Positions 41,659 through 50,671 of a stretch of DNA of 64,000 bases are shown in pieces; within the stretch, counting starts at the first letter, position 1, and every line of letters begins with the position of its first letter. The translations under genes and the position numbers were made by a program. Source of the DNA: Kiritimatiellia bacterium (GTDB lineage Bacteria > Verrucomicrobiota > Kiritimatiellia > RFP12 > UBA1067); NCBI GenBank assembly GCA_051884805.1, contig JBJEWA010000135.1, positions 7,464 to 71,463 of the forward strand, in the 5' to 3' direction. The notes beneath the pieces were generated by a model, which worked only from the letters and a program-made list of their open reading frames with translations, was not told the DNA's origin and did no database searches.

Positions 41659-42197
41659 TGCTGCTCGGCCGGCTGCTCGGGCGCGGCGGCGGGAGCGCCC
41701 TCAGGAGCCGGCCGGGGCCGCTTCGCGCGTGGCGTACGGGCGGCACGCGCACCGGCCAGCTCCTGCGCCTGCTTGATCTGCTCGGGCGTGAGGATCGCCT
41801 TCGCGGCAATCAGGCGCCCGGTCTGCTCCTTCGCAATCGCCTTGCGCGCCTCGAAGACCGCGTCAATCGCCGCCATGACGGCCGCCTCGTCGATCTTCTC
41901 GGCCTTCAGGAGCTCGGTCTGACGCTCCATGCCCTTGCGGATCTGCTCATGCAGCGACCGCATACGCCCCTGGTCTTCGCGCAGGGCCTTGAGCTTCGCC
42001 GCCTGCGCTTCGGAAAGCCCGAGCTTCTCGGCGAGCTTGGGATTCAGCGCCGCCCGCATCACCGGATCCGCCGACGGCGCTCCCATCATGGCCCGAGGCG
42101 GACGCGCCCGCATTTCACGCGTGGCCTTCTCGGCCGGTTCTTCGGCAAACGCCGCCAACGCCAGCGCGGCGGCGGCAACAGTCATCAGACACTTCAT
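41655..42197 (-). CDS. periplasmic Spy/CpxP-like (LTXXQ-motif) protein
   Basis: Signal peptide MKCLMTVAAAALALAAFA. Helical, with LSEAQ and LTPEQ motifs. ATGA overlap with the sigma factor start. GAAAGGAAGGG SD. Confidence 0.6.
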   Translation of the reverse strand: MKCLMTVAAAALALAAFAEEPAEKATREMRARPPRAMMGAPSADPVMRAALNPKLAEKLGLSEAQAAKLKALREDQGRMRSLHEQIRKGMERQTELLKAEKIDEAAVMAAIDAVFEARKAIAKEQTGRLIAAKAILTPEQIKQAQELAGARAARTPRAKRPRPAPEGAPAAAPEQPAEQQ

Positions 42198-42287
42198 TGG
42201 CACCCTTCCTTTCTTGTTACGGACCGGCACGACGCCGGCCACAGGAATAGAGACGCAACAAAGCGCAAGAATATTTTGAACTGTTTT

Positions 42288-43988
42288 TCAGGCCGGCTTG
42301 TAGCCGTCCTTCAGCGAACACGTGCGGTTGAAGACGAGCTGCCGGTCGCAGACGAAGTAGCCGGTGCGCTCGAACTGGAAGCGCTCGCCCGCCTTCGCCT
42401 CGCCGAGCGTCGGCTCGACATAGCCGGTCACGACTTTCAGCGAATCGGGATTCAGGTACTTCAGGAAGTTCTCGCTGCCGTCCTTCAGCGGATTCTGCTC
42501 CAGAAACAGCCGGTCGTAGAGACGAACCTCGGCCTTGAGCCCCGTCGCGCAATCGACCCAGTGAATCGTGCCCTTGACCTTGCGGCCGTCCGCGGCGTTG
42601 CCGCCCCAGCTCGCGGGATCCCACGTGCCGTGAATCTCGACAACTTTCCCGTCCGCATCCTTCATGCAGCCCGTGCACTTGAAGATGCAGGCGCCGCGCA
42701 GCCGGACCTCCTGGCCGGGAGCCATGCGGAAGAACTTCTTCTCGGGCACCTCCATGAAGTCCGCCCGGTCGATCCAGATCTCCCGCCCGAACGGAATCTG
42801 GCGCTCGCCCGCCGCTGCGTCCAGCGGATTGTTCGGCAGGGACACGAGCCGCGGGGACGCGGCGTCCCAGTTGTCGATGACGACCTTCACCGGATCCAGA
42901 ACCGCCATGCGCCGCGTCGCCGTGCGGTTCAGGTCCTCGCGGACGCACCATTCAAGCAGCGCGGGATCCGACTCGGACTCGACCTTGGAGACGCCGATGC
43001 GCTCGCAGAACTCGCGAATCGCCCCCGGCGTGTAGCCGCGGCGGCGCATGCCGCAGACGGTCGGCATGCGGGGGTCGTCCCAGCCGTCCACGACCTTCTC
43101 GTTCACCATCTGCAGCAGCAGCCGCTTCGACATGACGGTATGGGTCAGGTTGAGCCGCGCGAACTCGCGCTGCTGCGGACGAATCTTGACGCCGTTGCGC
43201 ACGGGGAGCAGCCCCTGCTCGTCCATGCGGTCGACGACCCAGTCGTAAAGCGGACGGTGCACCTCGAACTCCAGCGTGCACATCGAGTGCGTGACGCCTT
43301 CGAGCGCGTCTTCGATCGGATGCGCGAAGTCGTACATCGGATAGACGCACCACTTGTCGCCGAGATGGTAGTGGGCGACGTGGCGAATGCGGTAGATGAC
43401 GGGGTCGCGGAAGTGGATGTTCGGCGACGCCATGTCGATCTTGGCGCGCACGCACCACTCGCCGTCGGCGTACTTGCCGTCGCGCATCTCGTGGAAGATC
43501 TTCAGGTTGCGCTCGGGGTCGGTGTCGCGCGAGGGCGAGGGCAGGCCCGGCCGCTCGGGAACGCCGCGATACCGCTTCCACTCCTCCTGCCCGAGGTTGC
43601 AGCAGTAGGCCTGGCCGCGGCGGATCAGCTCCTCGGCGATGCGGAACATCGTATCGAACATGTTCGACGCGTTGTAGAAGCCGGCCTCGCCCGCATCGCC
43701 CTCGCCGGACCACTGGAAGCCGAGCCAGTTGATGTCCTTCTTGATGTTCTCGGCGTACTCGTCCGACTCCTTGGTCGGATTCGTGTCGTCGAGCCGGAGA
43801 TGACATTCGCCGCCGAAAAGCTCGGCCATGCCGAAATCGACGCAGACGGCCTTGGCGTGCCCGATGTGGATGTACCCGTTCGGCTCCGGCGGAAAACGCG
43901 TGACGACCTTGCCGCCGGTCTTGCCGTCGGCAACGTCCTTTTCGATCCACTGACGGAGGAAATGGCGAGAAGTGTCCGATTCGCTCAT
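42288..43988 (-). CDS. glnS: glutamine--tRNA ligase
   Basis: RFPPEPNGYIHIGHAKA (HIGH), VMSKR (KMSKS) and full-length class I GlnRS-like sequence. Confidence 0.95.
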   Translation of the reverse strand: MSESDTSRHFLRQWIEKDVADGKTGGKVVTRFPPEPNGYIHIGHAKAVCVDFGMAELFGGECHLRLDDTNPTKESDEYAENIKKDINWLGFQWSGEGDAGEAGFYNASNMFDTMFRIAEELIRRGQAYCCNLGQEEWKRYRGVPERPGLPSPSRDTDPERNLKIFHEMRDGKYADGEWCVRAKIDMASPNIHFRDPVIYRIRHVAHYHLGDKWCVYPMYDFAHPIEDALEGVTHSMCTLEFEVHRPLYDWVVDRMDEQGLLPVRNGVKIRPQQREFARLNLTHTVMSKRLLLQMVNEKVVDGWDDPRMPTVCGMRRRGYTPGAIREFCERIGVSKVESESDPALLEWCVREDLNRTATRRMAVLDPVKVVIDNWDAASPRLVSLPNNPLDAAAGERQIPFGREIWIDRADFMEVPEKKFFRMAPGQEVRLRGACIFKCTGCMKDADGKVVEIHGTWDPASWGGNAADGRKVKGTIHWVDCATGLKAEVRLYDRLFLEQNPLKDGSENFLKYLNPDSLKVVTGYVEPTLGEAKAGERFQFERTGYFVCDRQLVFNRTCSLKDGYKPA

Positions 43989-43999
43989 AGGTGGGCGGT

Positions 44000-44008
44000 A
44001 TTATAGCA
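44000..44008 (-). promoter_or_regulatory. extended -10 box TGcTATAAT, 11 nt upstream of the glnS ATG
   Basis: The minus strand reads TGCTATAAT-accgcccacct-ATG(43988). Confidence 0.4.
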
Positions 44009-44018
44009 AAAGCCCGGC

Positions 44019-47000
44019 CTACCTGACGATCAGCATCACGCCCGGCGTCGCCGGCCCGACCGCGCCGTAGGTCACGAAGGCGGGGTCGATCGCCGTCAGA
44101 TACTCGGCCTTCACCCAGGCGGCGCCGTCATTGCCGCGCCGGAGGCGCAGTTCGTCGAAGGCGCCGAAGAACGAGGCTTCGTTATGGTCGGCGTCGCAGC
44201 CGAAGACGAGCGGCAGCCCGTTGTCCATGCCGAGGCCCACGGATGCCGTGGCCACCGCCTCGCCATTGGCGTAGATGGTCAGATCGTTGGCGCGTTCGCC
44301 GTTGCGCGTGTACTGGAACGCGAGATGCGTCCATCCCGCCGACAAATCGGGGACCGTCGTCGCCCCGACGCTGGCGGCGCTGTTGCCGCGGGCGTTCAGG
44401 CTGGTGTACGAGCCGCCCAGCTCGACCTCCCAGCCGCTGATGGCGTCGTAATAGGTTTTGCGCGAAACGAGCCGCGGGTAGCCGGAGATCTTGTCGCCGC
44501 CCTTGAACCAGCCGGAGAAGAGAAAGACGTTGCCGACGGCCTGACTGTCGTAATTCGGCACCTCGTACCAGTTACGTCCGAAATCGGTGTGCACGGCCGG
44601 CTGATTCCAGCGGGCGCGTCCGACTTGTCCGCCGCCTTCGTAGTCTTTCGAGCCGCTGAGGTAATGCGTCGCGCCAGGCACGGCGTCGAGTCCGTTGCCG
44701 GAGCAGTCGCGCGCCGGCACGGAATGGGCGTTCTCGTTGAAGTGCCAGACGCCGACATAATTCTTCCACGGACGGCCGACGTCCGCGCCGGCGATGTCAT
44801 CGGCAGAGCCGTAGAAAAGGCGGAGCTGCGTGTCGCGCCGCAGTTCGGGCACGCAGACCCAGACCAGCGACGTGCCGTCCGCATGCCATTCGTCGACCGA
44901 ATGCGGCACGGCGACGAACGCCCGGTCGGCGAAAATCATGTCCGAGCCGTCCTCCGTCCTGAAGTCCGCATAGTCAAACCCCTCGATCGCCGGCGAGAGC
45001 CGCACGAGAACCGGGAAATTGCGTAGGACCTCGTCCTCTCCCAGGAAGTCGGCCGGAATCGTCAGGTCGAGACGCTTGGCGAAATTCCGCTTGGACGGCG
45101 GCGGCAGCTTGCGGATGGTCATCTCGGCCGTGTCGGACTCGCCGGCCAGATAGGCGCCGGACGTCAACGTCACAATCAACGTCTTGTCGCCGTCCGACGC
45201 CGCGTCGACGAGCGGGCGAACCGCGACGTCGACGGAGGCCGCTCCTGCGGGGATTTCAGCCGACCCCGTCGCCGCGCCCGCGTAATTGACGCCGGCGACG
45301 GCCGTTCCCAAGAACGCATAGCTGACCTTGAGCGCGTAACGCGTCGCCGCCGGCGTGTCCGCGCGCGAAATCCGGAAGACGCCCACCGCGGTGTGCATCT
45401 CGTCCGCATCCTCGACCTTTTCAACCGACAGGGAACCCGTGTAGAACGGCTCCGTCGCGAACCGATACTCCGCGCCCGCGACGCTCGTGCCGATGACCGT
45501 GCAGCGGCTGCTCTCGTTCGCCGGCAAGACGGAAATCGGAAACGTTTTCTCCCCCGGATCGGACGTGACGTCCGGGAGCGGCTGAATCACCTCGCCGTCA
45601 TACGATGCGACAAAGGTCCCGCCGCCCGACTTGAGCGTGAACACGCCCTCAAGGCCGCCGGAAGCCGCGCGGCGAACGACGGGAGTGGCGCAGGTGATCG
45701 GCGCCGGGTCGGCCGCCTGGGAGGGGCCGGCCACAAGGAAGTCCGGACGCATCACCGTCGCATAGTCCGCCGCGATGGCCGCCGCGCTCGGGATCCCGCG
45801 CGCAATGCGAATCTCGTCGTAGTTGCCGTAAAGCGACCAGTCGTTGATCGCCGCAGTATTGCCGAACGCGATGGCCGCCCCATTGTCGGTCGGCGCACTG
45901 CCAAGCTTCGCCTCGGCGACAAACTCGCCGTTCGCGTAGACGGCGCACGTCTTGTCGTCATAGCAAATCGTGAGGTAGACCCACTGCTTCTCCGGAGTGG
46001 GGATCGTGACCGCCTCGCCGTCGCCGGCGCCGTAGACATTCAACTTGGTCACGTCGTTCCAGGTCAGTTCCTGTCCCCAACCGCCCGCATCCGACCGGCG
46101 GGACACGAAGCGATACCAGCCGCCACCCGCCGTAACCTGGAAAAAGCCGCTGACCGTGAACTGCGACCCGAGCGCCAGATCGGTGGTTGTGGTCAGCGAC
46201 AGGCCCGCCCGGCAGCTCTCGGCAGGATCACCGTTGCCGCCGTTCTGCCTGGCCTTGCCGACCACCCCCTCGACGCCGACGTTGTATTCGGCGCGCGGGC
46301 CCATGGGCGTGCCGTGGTAGGCGTTGGTTCCGGAGTCGTAGGCCGTGCCGCCATCCTCCCGGAAGTGCCAGACACCGACGTAGTCCTTCCATGTCTCGGC
46401 GGTCGCCGCGCTCTCATGCCCGCTCTTGCCGTAGCAAAGGCGGAAGACCTGGCCCGGGCGACAGGCGTCGAGCCTTACCCAGACAAGGGACTCGCCGTCG
46501 ATGTTCCAGGTGTCGATTTCGTGCTTCAGTTCACGTCCCTCATCATCCGTAAAGACCATGTCCGCGCCCGTCGCATCCGTGAAGTCGGCATAGTCGAAGC
46601 CCGCGATCGCCGACGAGAGCCGCACGAGCACGACTTGCGGGACGTCGACGTCCGGTGCCGACTCGCCGACCGTGAAGCTCACGGACTTCGCAAAGCCCGA
46701 GACGTCGACCGGGAGTTCGTCCACCGCGCGAACGGCTGCATAGGTGAAGAACGAACGGTCGGCCACCGTCCGATACGCGGCAGCGACCTCGTCTGCGCTC
46801 AAGGCGCCGGATTTCAGCCGCAGCTCGTCGATCCACCCGTAGAAGCCCGCCTCCGTGCAGTCGGCGTTCACGCCAAGCCCGAGGCCGCCGCCCTGCGGCC
46901 ACTGCACGGCGGGGAGCGAATCGACGGTGGCCGAGAGACAGCCGTTCGTATAGCAGGCCGCCTTCGTTCCGTCTACAACGAGCGTCAGGTTCACCCAGTC

Positions 47001-47816
47001 GACGCCGGCGACATTCGGGCAATCCGCCAGGAAGTCGTCGTCTCCCTGCGTCCGGAAGAAGACCTTGCGCGGATCGTCCTCAAACTCCAGTTCCCATCCC
47101 GCAGCGGAGCCGGGGGCGGACTTGCAGGACAGCAGCCGCATCCAGCCGACGACGTACTTGGCCTTGAACCACCCGGAAACGGTAAACGCCGAGCTGTCCG
47201 CGAGTGCGGACGCCCAGCCGGACGGTACGATGTGTCCGCCGATGTAGCTTCTGCCGGCATAGTACGTGCAGTTGTTCTGGCCCGCGCGCGAGACGCCCAC
47301 CGCACCGTCCGCACACGCGACCATCTGGTCGGTCGCATGGCCCGAAGGAACCGCCGAATGGCCGTTCCCGGTCGCGTCAGTCAAGTCGCCGGAGGCGTCG
47401 GAACAATGCCAGACCGCCGCATAGCCGCGCCAGACGTCGGCTGGCGCCTGCTGCGTCGTCTTGTCGCTGCCGAAGTAAACCGTCAGCCGAAGGTCTTTCG
47501 CCAGGCGCGGAATCCTGACCCAGACCAGCGACTCGCCGGACGGATCCCACGTGTCGATCTCGTAGGCCAGCTCGGTGCCGTCATTGTCCACAATGGCCAA
47601 ATCCGAGCCGTCCGGCTGTTGGAAGTCAGCATACGAAAAGCCGCTGATGTCGGTCGACAGCCGCAGGAGGGCGGGAAAGTCCGTCACCTCGCCCGAAGCC
47701 GGAACCGAGTCCGGCGAAAGTCCGATCTCCAGGCTCCTGGCGTAATCGCCAGGCGTCAACGCCAGCAGGCTGGCTGCCGGCAGCAAGCAGGCCATCGCGG
47801 CCATCGTCGTCTTCAT
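44019..47816 (-). CDS. 1265-aa secreted protein: three [DUF2341 + LamG] modules plus a Calx-beta-like domain; C-terminus ends GVMLIVR
   Basis: Three copies of FP.L(L/V)RLS..I.GF.YADF...G.D(L/M).F.D......E.D.W......LVWV... (DUF2341), each followed by a LamG pattern (…FTVSGWFK…WIDELRLK…). Calx-beta-like …VNYAG…DKTLIVTLTSG. AAGGAG SD. Confidence 0.8.
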   Translation of the reverse strand: MKTTMAAMACLLPAASLLALTPGDYARSLEIGLSPDSVPASGEVTDFPALLRLSTDISGFSYADFQQPDGSDLAIVDNDGTELAYEIDTWDPSGESLVWVRIPRLAKDLRLTVYFGSDKTTQQAPADVWRGYAAVWHCSDASGDLTDATGNGHSAVPSGHATDQMVACADGAVGVSRAGQNNCTYYAGRSYIGGHIVPSGWASALADSSAFTVSGWFKAKYVVGWMRLLSCKSAPGSAAGWELEFEDDPRKVFFRTQGDDDFLADCPNVAGVDWVNLTLVVDGTKAACYTNGCLSATVDSLPAVQWPQGGGLGLGVNADCTEAGFYGWIDELRLKSGALSADEVAAAYRTVADRSFFTYAAVRAVDELPVDVSGFAKSVSFTVGESAPDVDVPQVVLVRLSSAIAGFDYADFTDATGADMVFTDDEGRELKHEIDTWNIDGESLVWVRLDACRPGQVFRLCYGKSGHESAATAETWKDYVGVWHFREDGGTAYDSGTNAYHGTPMGPRAEYNVGVEGVVGKARQNGGNGDPAESCRAGLSLTTTTDLALGSQFTVSGFFQVTAGGGWYRFVSRRSDAGGWGQELTWNDVTKLNVYGAGDGEAVTIPTPEKQWVYLTICYDDKTCAVYANGEFVAEAKLGSAPTDNGAAIAFGNTAAINDWSLYGNYDEIRIARGIPSAAAIAADYATVMRPDFLVAGPSQAADPAPITCATPVVRRAASGGLEGVFTLKSGGGTFVASYDGEVIQPLPDVTSDPGEKTFPISVLPANESSRCTVIGTSVAGAEYRFATEPFYTGSLSVEKVEDADEMHTAVGVFRISRADTPAATRYALKVSYAFLGTAVAGVNYAGAATGSAEIPAGAASVDVAVRPLVDAASDGDKTLIVTLTSGAYLAGESDTAEMTIRKLPPPSKRNFAKRLDLTIPADFLGEDEVLRNFPVLVRLSPAIEGFDYADFRTEDGSDMIFADRAFVAVPHSVDEWHADGTSLVWVCVPELRRDTQLRLFYGSADDIAGADVGRPWKNYVGVWHFNENAHSVPARDCSGNGLDAVPGATHYLSGSKDYEGGGQVGRARWNQPAVHTDFGRNWYEVPNYDSQAVGNVFLFSGWFKGGDKISGYPRLVSRKTYYDAISGWEVELGGSYTSLNARGNSAASVGATTVPDLSAGWTHLAFQYTRNGERANDLTIYANGEAVATASVGLGMDNGLPLVFGCDADHNEASFFGAFDELRLRRGNDGAAWVKAEYLTAIDPAFVTYGAVGPATPGVMLIVR

Positions 47817-47895
47817 GATCGCTCCTTGTCTTTTCGCCGGGCCGGGGGCGGGGCGCCCGGCAGCACGGCAGCCGGCCGGATTCTGCAGCCAGCCG

Positions 47896-48759
47896 TCATT
47901 TTGCCAACTTCATCCAGCTGCCGACATGATGGACGGCAACGCCCTTGCCCTTCAACGTCGGTATCTTAGCCAGTTCGGCGCGAAGCTTGCCGAGTTCGCC
48001 GAGCATGAAGGCGGAGCCCTCTTCGGCGAAGCTCACGAAGTCCCCTTCGCCGGTCTCGCCGGTTTCCGCGCCGAAGGCAACGCGGCAATTGTATTTCCCG
48101 GCCAGCTCCAGCTCCATCCGCCCGAGCTCAAGAATCGCCTCCGCCTTGTCACGATAGGACATCAGGGTCACGCCGTCGGAAAGGCCCATCACCACCTCCA
48201 GCAGCGGCACCTCGGTGCGGTGGTCGTAGTCAACCTTCAGGTTGTCGAGCCAGAAGGGAATGTCCCATTCGATCTTCTCCCCCGCCCGGTGCACGAGCGC
48301 GGCCGCGCGGCAGACGAAGTCGGCGTAAAGCTGCCACTTGCGCGCATCCGAGAGCTTCGCGTCCTGATGCGGCTCGACGTCGAGGTGCAGGGCGTCGAAC
48401 TTCGCGTCCGCCGGCGCCTTGCGCTGGTAGCGGACGAAGCGGCGGCAGACTTCGTCGAAGCCGAGCGCTCCCGGCCAGATCCAGGAGACGTCGCCCGACA
48501 GCCATTGCACCGTGATTCCGCGCTGGCGCACGGTGCGCACAAACGCCATGACCGTCGCGTCGCTCGTCTTGGAATCGACCCCGAAGTAGATTTCGGTCAC
48601 GCCGTTGGCGACCAGGAAGTCCAGCTTGGGCGTGTAGGCCGCCGGGTCCGCCGCATCCTGCCCATGCCACCACCACGACGCCAGCGGAACCGCGCTCGCC
48701 CAAGTGAACGACGAACAGGCCGCCGCAACGGCGCCAACGAGCATCTTGCGCATCGCCAT
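47896..48759 (-). CDS. 287-aa secreted hypothetical protein (possible glycosidase-like barrel)
   Basis: Start MAMRKMLVGAVAAACSSFTWA with an AAGGGAGAG SD. No family recognised. Confidence 0.55.
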   Translation of the reverse strand: MAMRKMLVGAVAAACSSFTWASAVPLASWWWHGQDAADPAAYTPKLDFLVANGVTEIYFGVDSKTSDATVMAFVRTVRQRGITVQWLSGDVSWIWPGALGFDEVCRRFVRYQRKAPADAKFDALHLDVEPHQDAKLSDARKWQLYADFVCRAAALVHRAGEKIEWDIPFWLDNLKVDYDHRTEVPLLEVVMGLSDGVTLMSYRDKAEAILELGRMELELAGKYNCRVAFGAETGETGEGDFVSFAEEGSAFMLGELGKLRAELAKIPTLKGKGVAVHHVGSWMKLAK

Positions 48760-48795
48760 TTCCGACTCTCCCTTCCCTTTCCGACGGACGGCAGA

Positions 48796-48804
48796 AGTAT
48801 ACCA
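48796..48804 (-). promoter_or_regulatory. extended -10 box TGgTATACT upstream of 48759
   Basis: The minus strand reads TGGTATACT, followed by a ~30-nt leader with an SD. Confidence 0.4.
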
Positions 48805-48869
48805 GTTTCCAGGCCGGTCGCGCAAGTGCGGCCCCCCGTCGCCCGCAGCCGACTCTATCCGCACGGTGC

Positions 48870-49517
48870 CTATCCGTCCCGAAGCGCCAGTTCGACGGCC
48901 TCCAGCAGCGTCGAGCCCGTCCGGGCGACCTTCCGGAGCCGCCAGCCGGCGTGGCTGCCCTGGGCGCAGAGGACGCAGCGGGCGCCGATGGCGTCCGCCA
49001 CCTCCTTGTCGTGGAGCGAGTCGCCGATCATCGTCACGCGCAGCGGTTCCGCGCCGGCGAAGTCCCTGTCCAGCCGCGCCACCAGCGCGACCGCCCGGTC
49101 GAGCTTCGACGAACCGTCGAGGTTGTCCGTCCCGCAAATGCAGTCCATGAACGGCGCCACGCCGCAGTCCGCCGTGGCCGCGTCGAGGAGATCCTGCCGC
49201 AGGGCCGAGATGATCGACTGCCCGACGCCGGCCGCCCGGACCCTTGCCAACGCGGCGATGGCCTCCGGATTGAGCCGCTTGGGCCGGGCCGCGTAGAGGT
49301 CGTGGTATTCGCGGGCCAGGGCGTTCCAGTCCTCGCCCGCGGGGTCGATGCCGATCGCTTCGTAGAACGGCCTGACCGGGAAGGCGAAGCGGTCGCGGTA
49401 GAAGTCCATGCCGATAGGCGGCCGGCCGCGGCGGGCCAGCATGACGTTCAGCGCGTCCAGGGAGGCCTGCGTGTCGTCCAGCAGCGTTCCGTTCCAGTCC
49501 CAGAGAACGTATGGCAC
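48870..49517 (-). CDS. HAD-superfamily hydrolase (phosphoglycolate-phosphatase-like)
   Basis: Motif I reads VLWDWNGTLLDD and motif IV MIGDSLHDKE. A GTG start is assumed 14 nt after the upstream stop. Confidence 0.65.
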   Translation of the reverse strand: MPYVLWDWNGTLLDDTQASLDALNVMLARRGRPPIGMDFYRDRFAFPVRPFYEAIGIDPAGEDWNALAREYHDLYAARPKRLNPEAIAALARVRAAGVGQSIISALRQDLLDAATADCGVAPFMDCICGTDNLDGSSKLDRAVALVARLDRDFAGAEPLRVTMIGDSLHDKEVADAIGARCVLCAQGSHAGWRLRKVARTGSTLLEAVELALRDG

Positions 49518-49531
49518 GGGATGGTTCCGGT

Positions 49532-50671
49532 CTATTTCAGGCCAAGGGCCTGCTTCACCGCCCCGGCGAAGGCGTCCTTCATCGACTGCATGCCGAGGTC
49601 GTTCGGATGCACGCCGTCGACCGTGCCCTCGAAGTCGCCCGTGTACATCGCGTCCTTGGGCAGATAGACGAGGTTCTTCCACCCTTCGGCCGCCAGCTGC
49701 TCGTAGAGGGACTTCACGTAGGCGTCCTTGGCATTCGGCTTGCCCATGTAGACGTCGCACTGCCCGGCCATCACGATCGGCACGCCCGGACGCTTCGCGC
49801 GAAGGTTGCGGATGAACGGCTCGTAGTTGCGCTCGACCGAACGCCCGTTCGCGGCCGTGCTGTCGGAGCACATGTTCCAGAGGCAGTCCAGCACATAGCA
49901 GCTCGCGTCGATCCGGGCCAGGTGTTCGCTCATCTCGTACTCCATCACGCCGGAGCCGGAGAAGCCGAGGCCGACGACCGGCACGTCCAGGTCGCGGCCG
50001 ACCCAGTTGACGAAGGCGAGACCCGGACGCGAACAGCAGCCGCCGTGCGTGATCGAAGTGCCGTAGAAGACGACGGGTTTGTCGACGCCGCTCTTGCGCG
50101 GCGGCAGCGCGCTGACCGTCGCCGTCGCGTCGATGCCCAGCGTGAATTCGCGAATGCCGTTGTAGAGCGGCAGGTTGACGAGGCACGGCGTGCCCGGCGT
50201 CCAGCCGAGATCCAGCGAACCGCCCTTGTCCGCATTCCAGATGCGCCCGGTCTTGACGTAAAGCCAGCGGCCCCGCTGCGCGTCGAAGCGGTAGACGTCG
50301 ATGCCGCTCACGCCCGTCGAGGGCATATGGTCCATCGCCAGCCCCTTCCCGTAGGGCTTCCAGCGGAACTTCAGCGTCTTCGAATCCGTCGAGAAGCGGA
50401 ACTGCATGCCGGACGTGTGGTGCTTCATCGACCGGACGCCGCCGTTGACGTTCGTCGTGACGCCCGACGGCAGCCGGTCGTACCAGTCGTCCACGTCGGC
50501 GAAGGCGCGGCCCTCGATCGGCAGGTGCCTGCCGTCGATCCACTTCACGCCGTTCGTATCGACCACGGCGAACTTCTGCGCCATGTTCGGATCCCACTTC
50601 GCGATCTCCGCCTGGTCGGCGACCGCCGCAACCGACAGGAGACAACCCAAGGCGACCATCAACCTGTTCAT
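49532..50671 (-). CDS. secreted SGNH/GDSL-family hydrolase (carbohydrate esterase-like) with N-terminal beta-sandwich domain
   Basis: VVFYGTSITHGG (block I) and DGVHPNDLG (block V, DxxH). Signal peptide MNRLMVALGCLLSVAAVA. ATGA overlap with the cca stop. Confidence 0.8.
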   Translation of the reverse strand: MNRLMVALGCLLSVAAVADQAEIAKWDPNMAQKFAVVDTNGVKWIDGRHLPIEGRAFADVDDWYDRLPSGVTTNVNGGVRSMKHHTSGMQFRFSTDSKTLKFRWKPYGKGLAMDHMPSTGVSGIDVYRFDAQRGRWLYVKTGRIWNADKGGSLDLGWTPGTPCLVNLPLYNGIREFTLGIDATATVSALPPRKSGVDKPVVFYGTSITHGGCCSRPGLAFVNWVGRDLDVPVVGLGFSGSGVMEYEMSEHLARIDASCYVLDCLWNMCSDSTAANGRSVERNYEPFIRNLRAKRPGVPIVMAGQCDVYMGKPNAKDAYVKSLYEQLAAEGWKNLVYLPKDAMYTGDFEGTVDGVHPNDLGMQSMKDAFAGAVKQALGLK

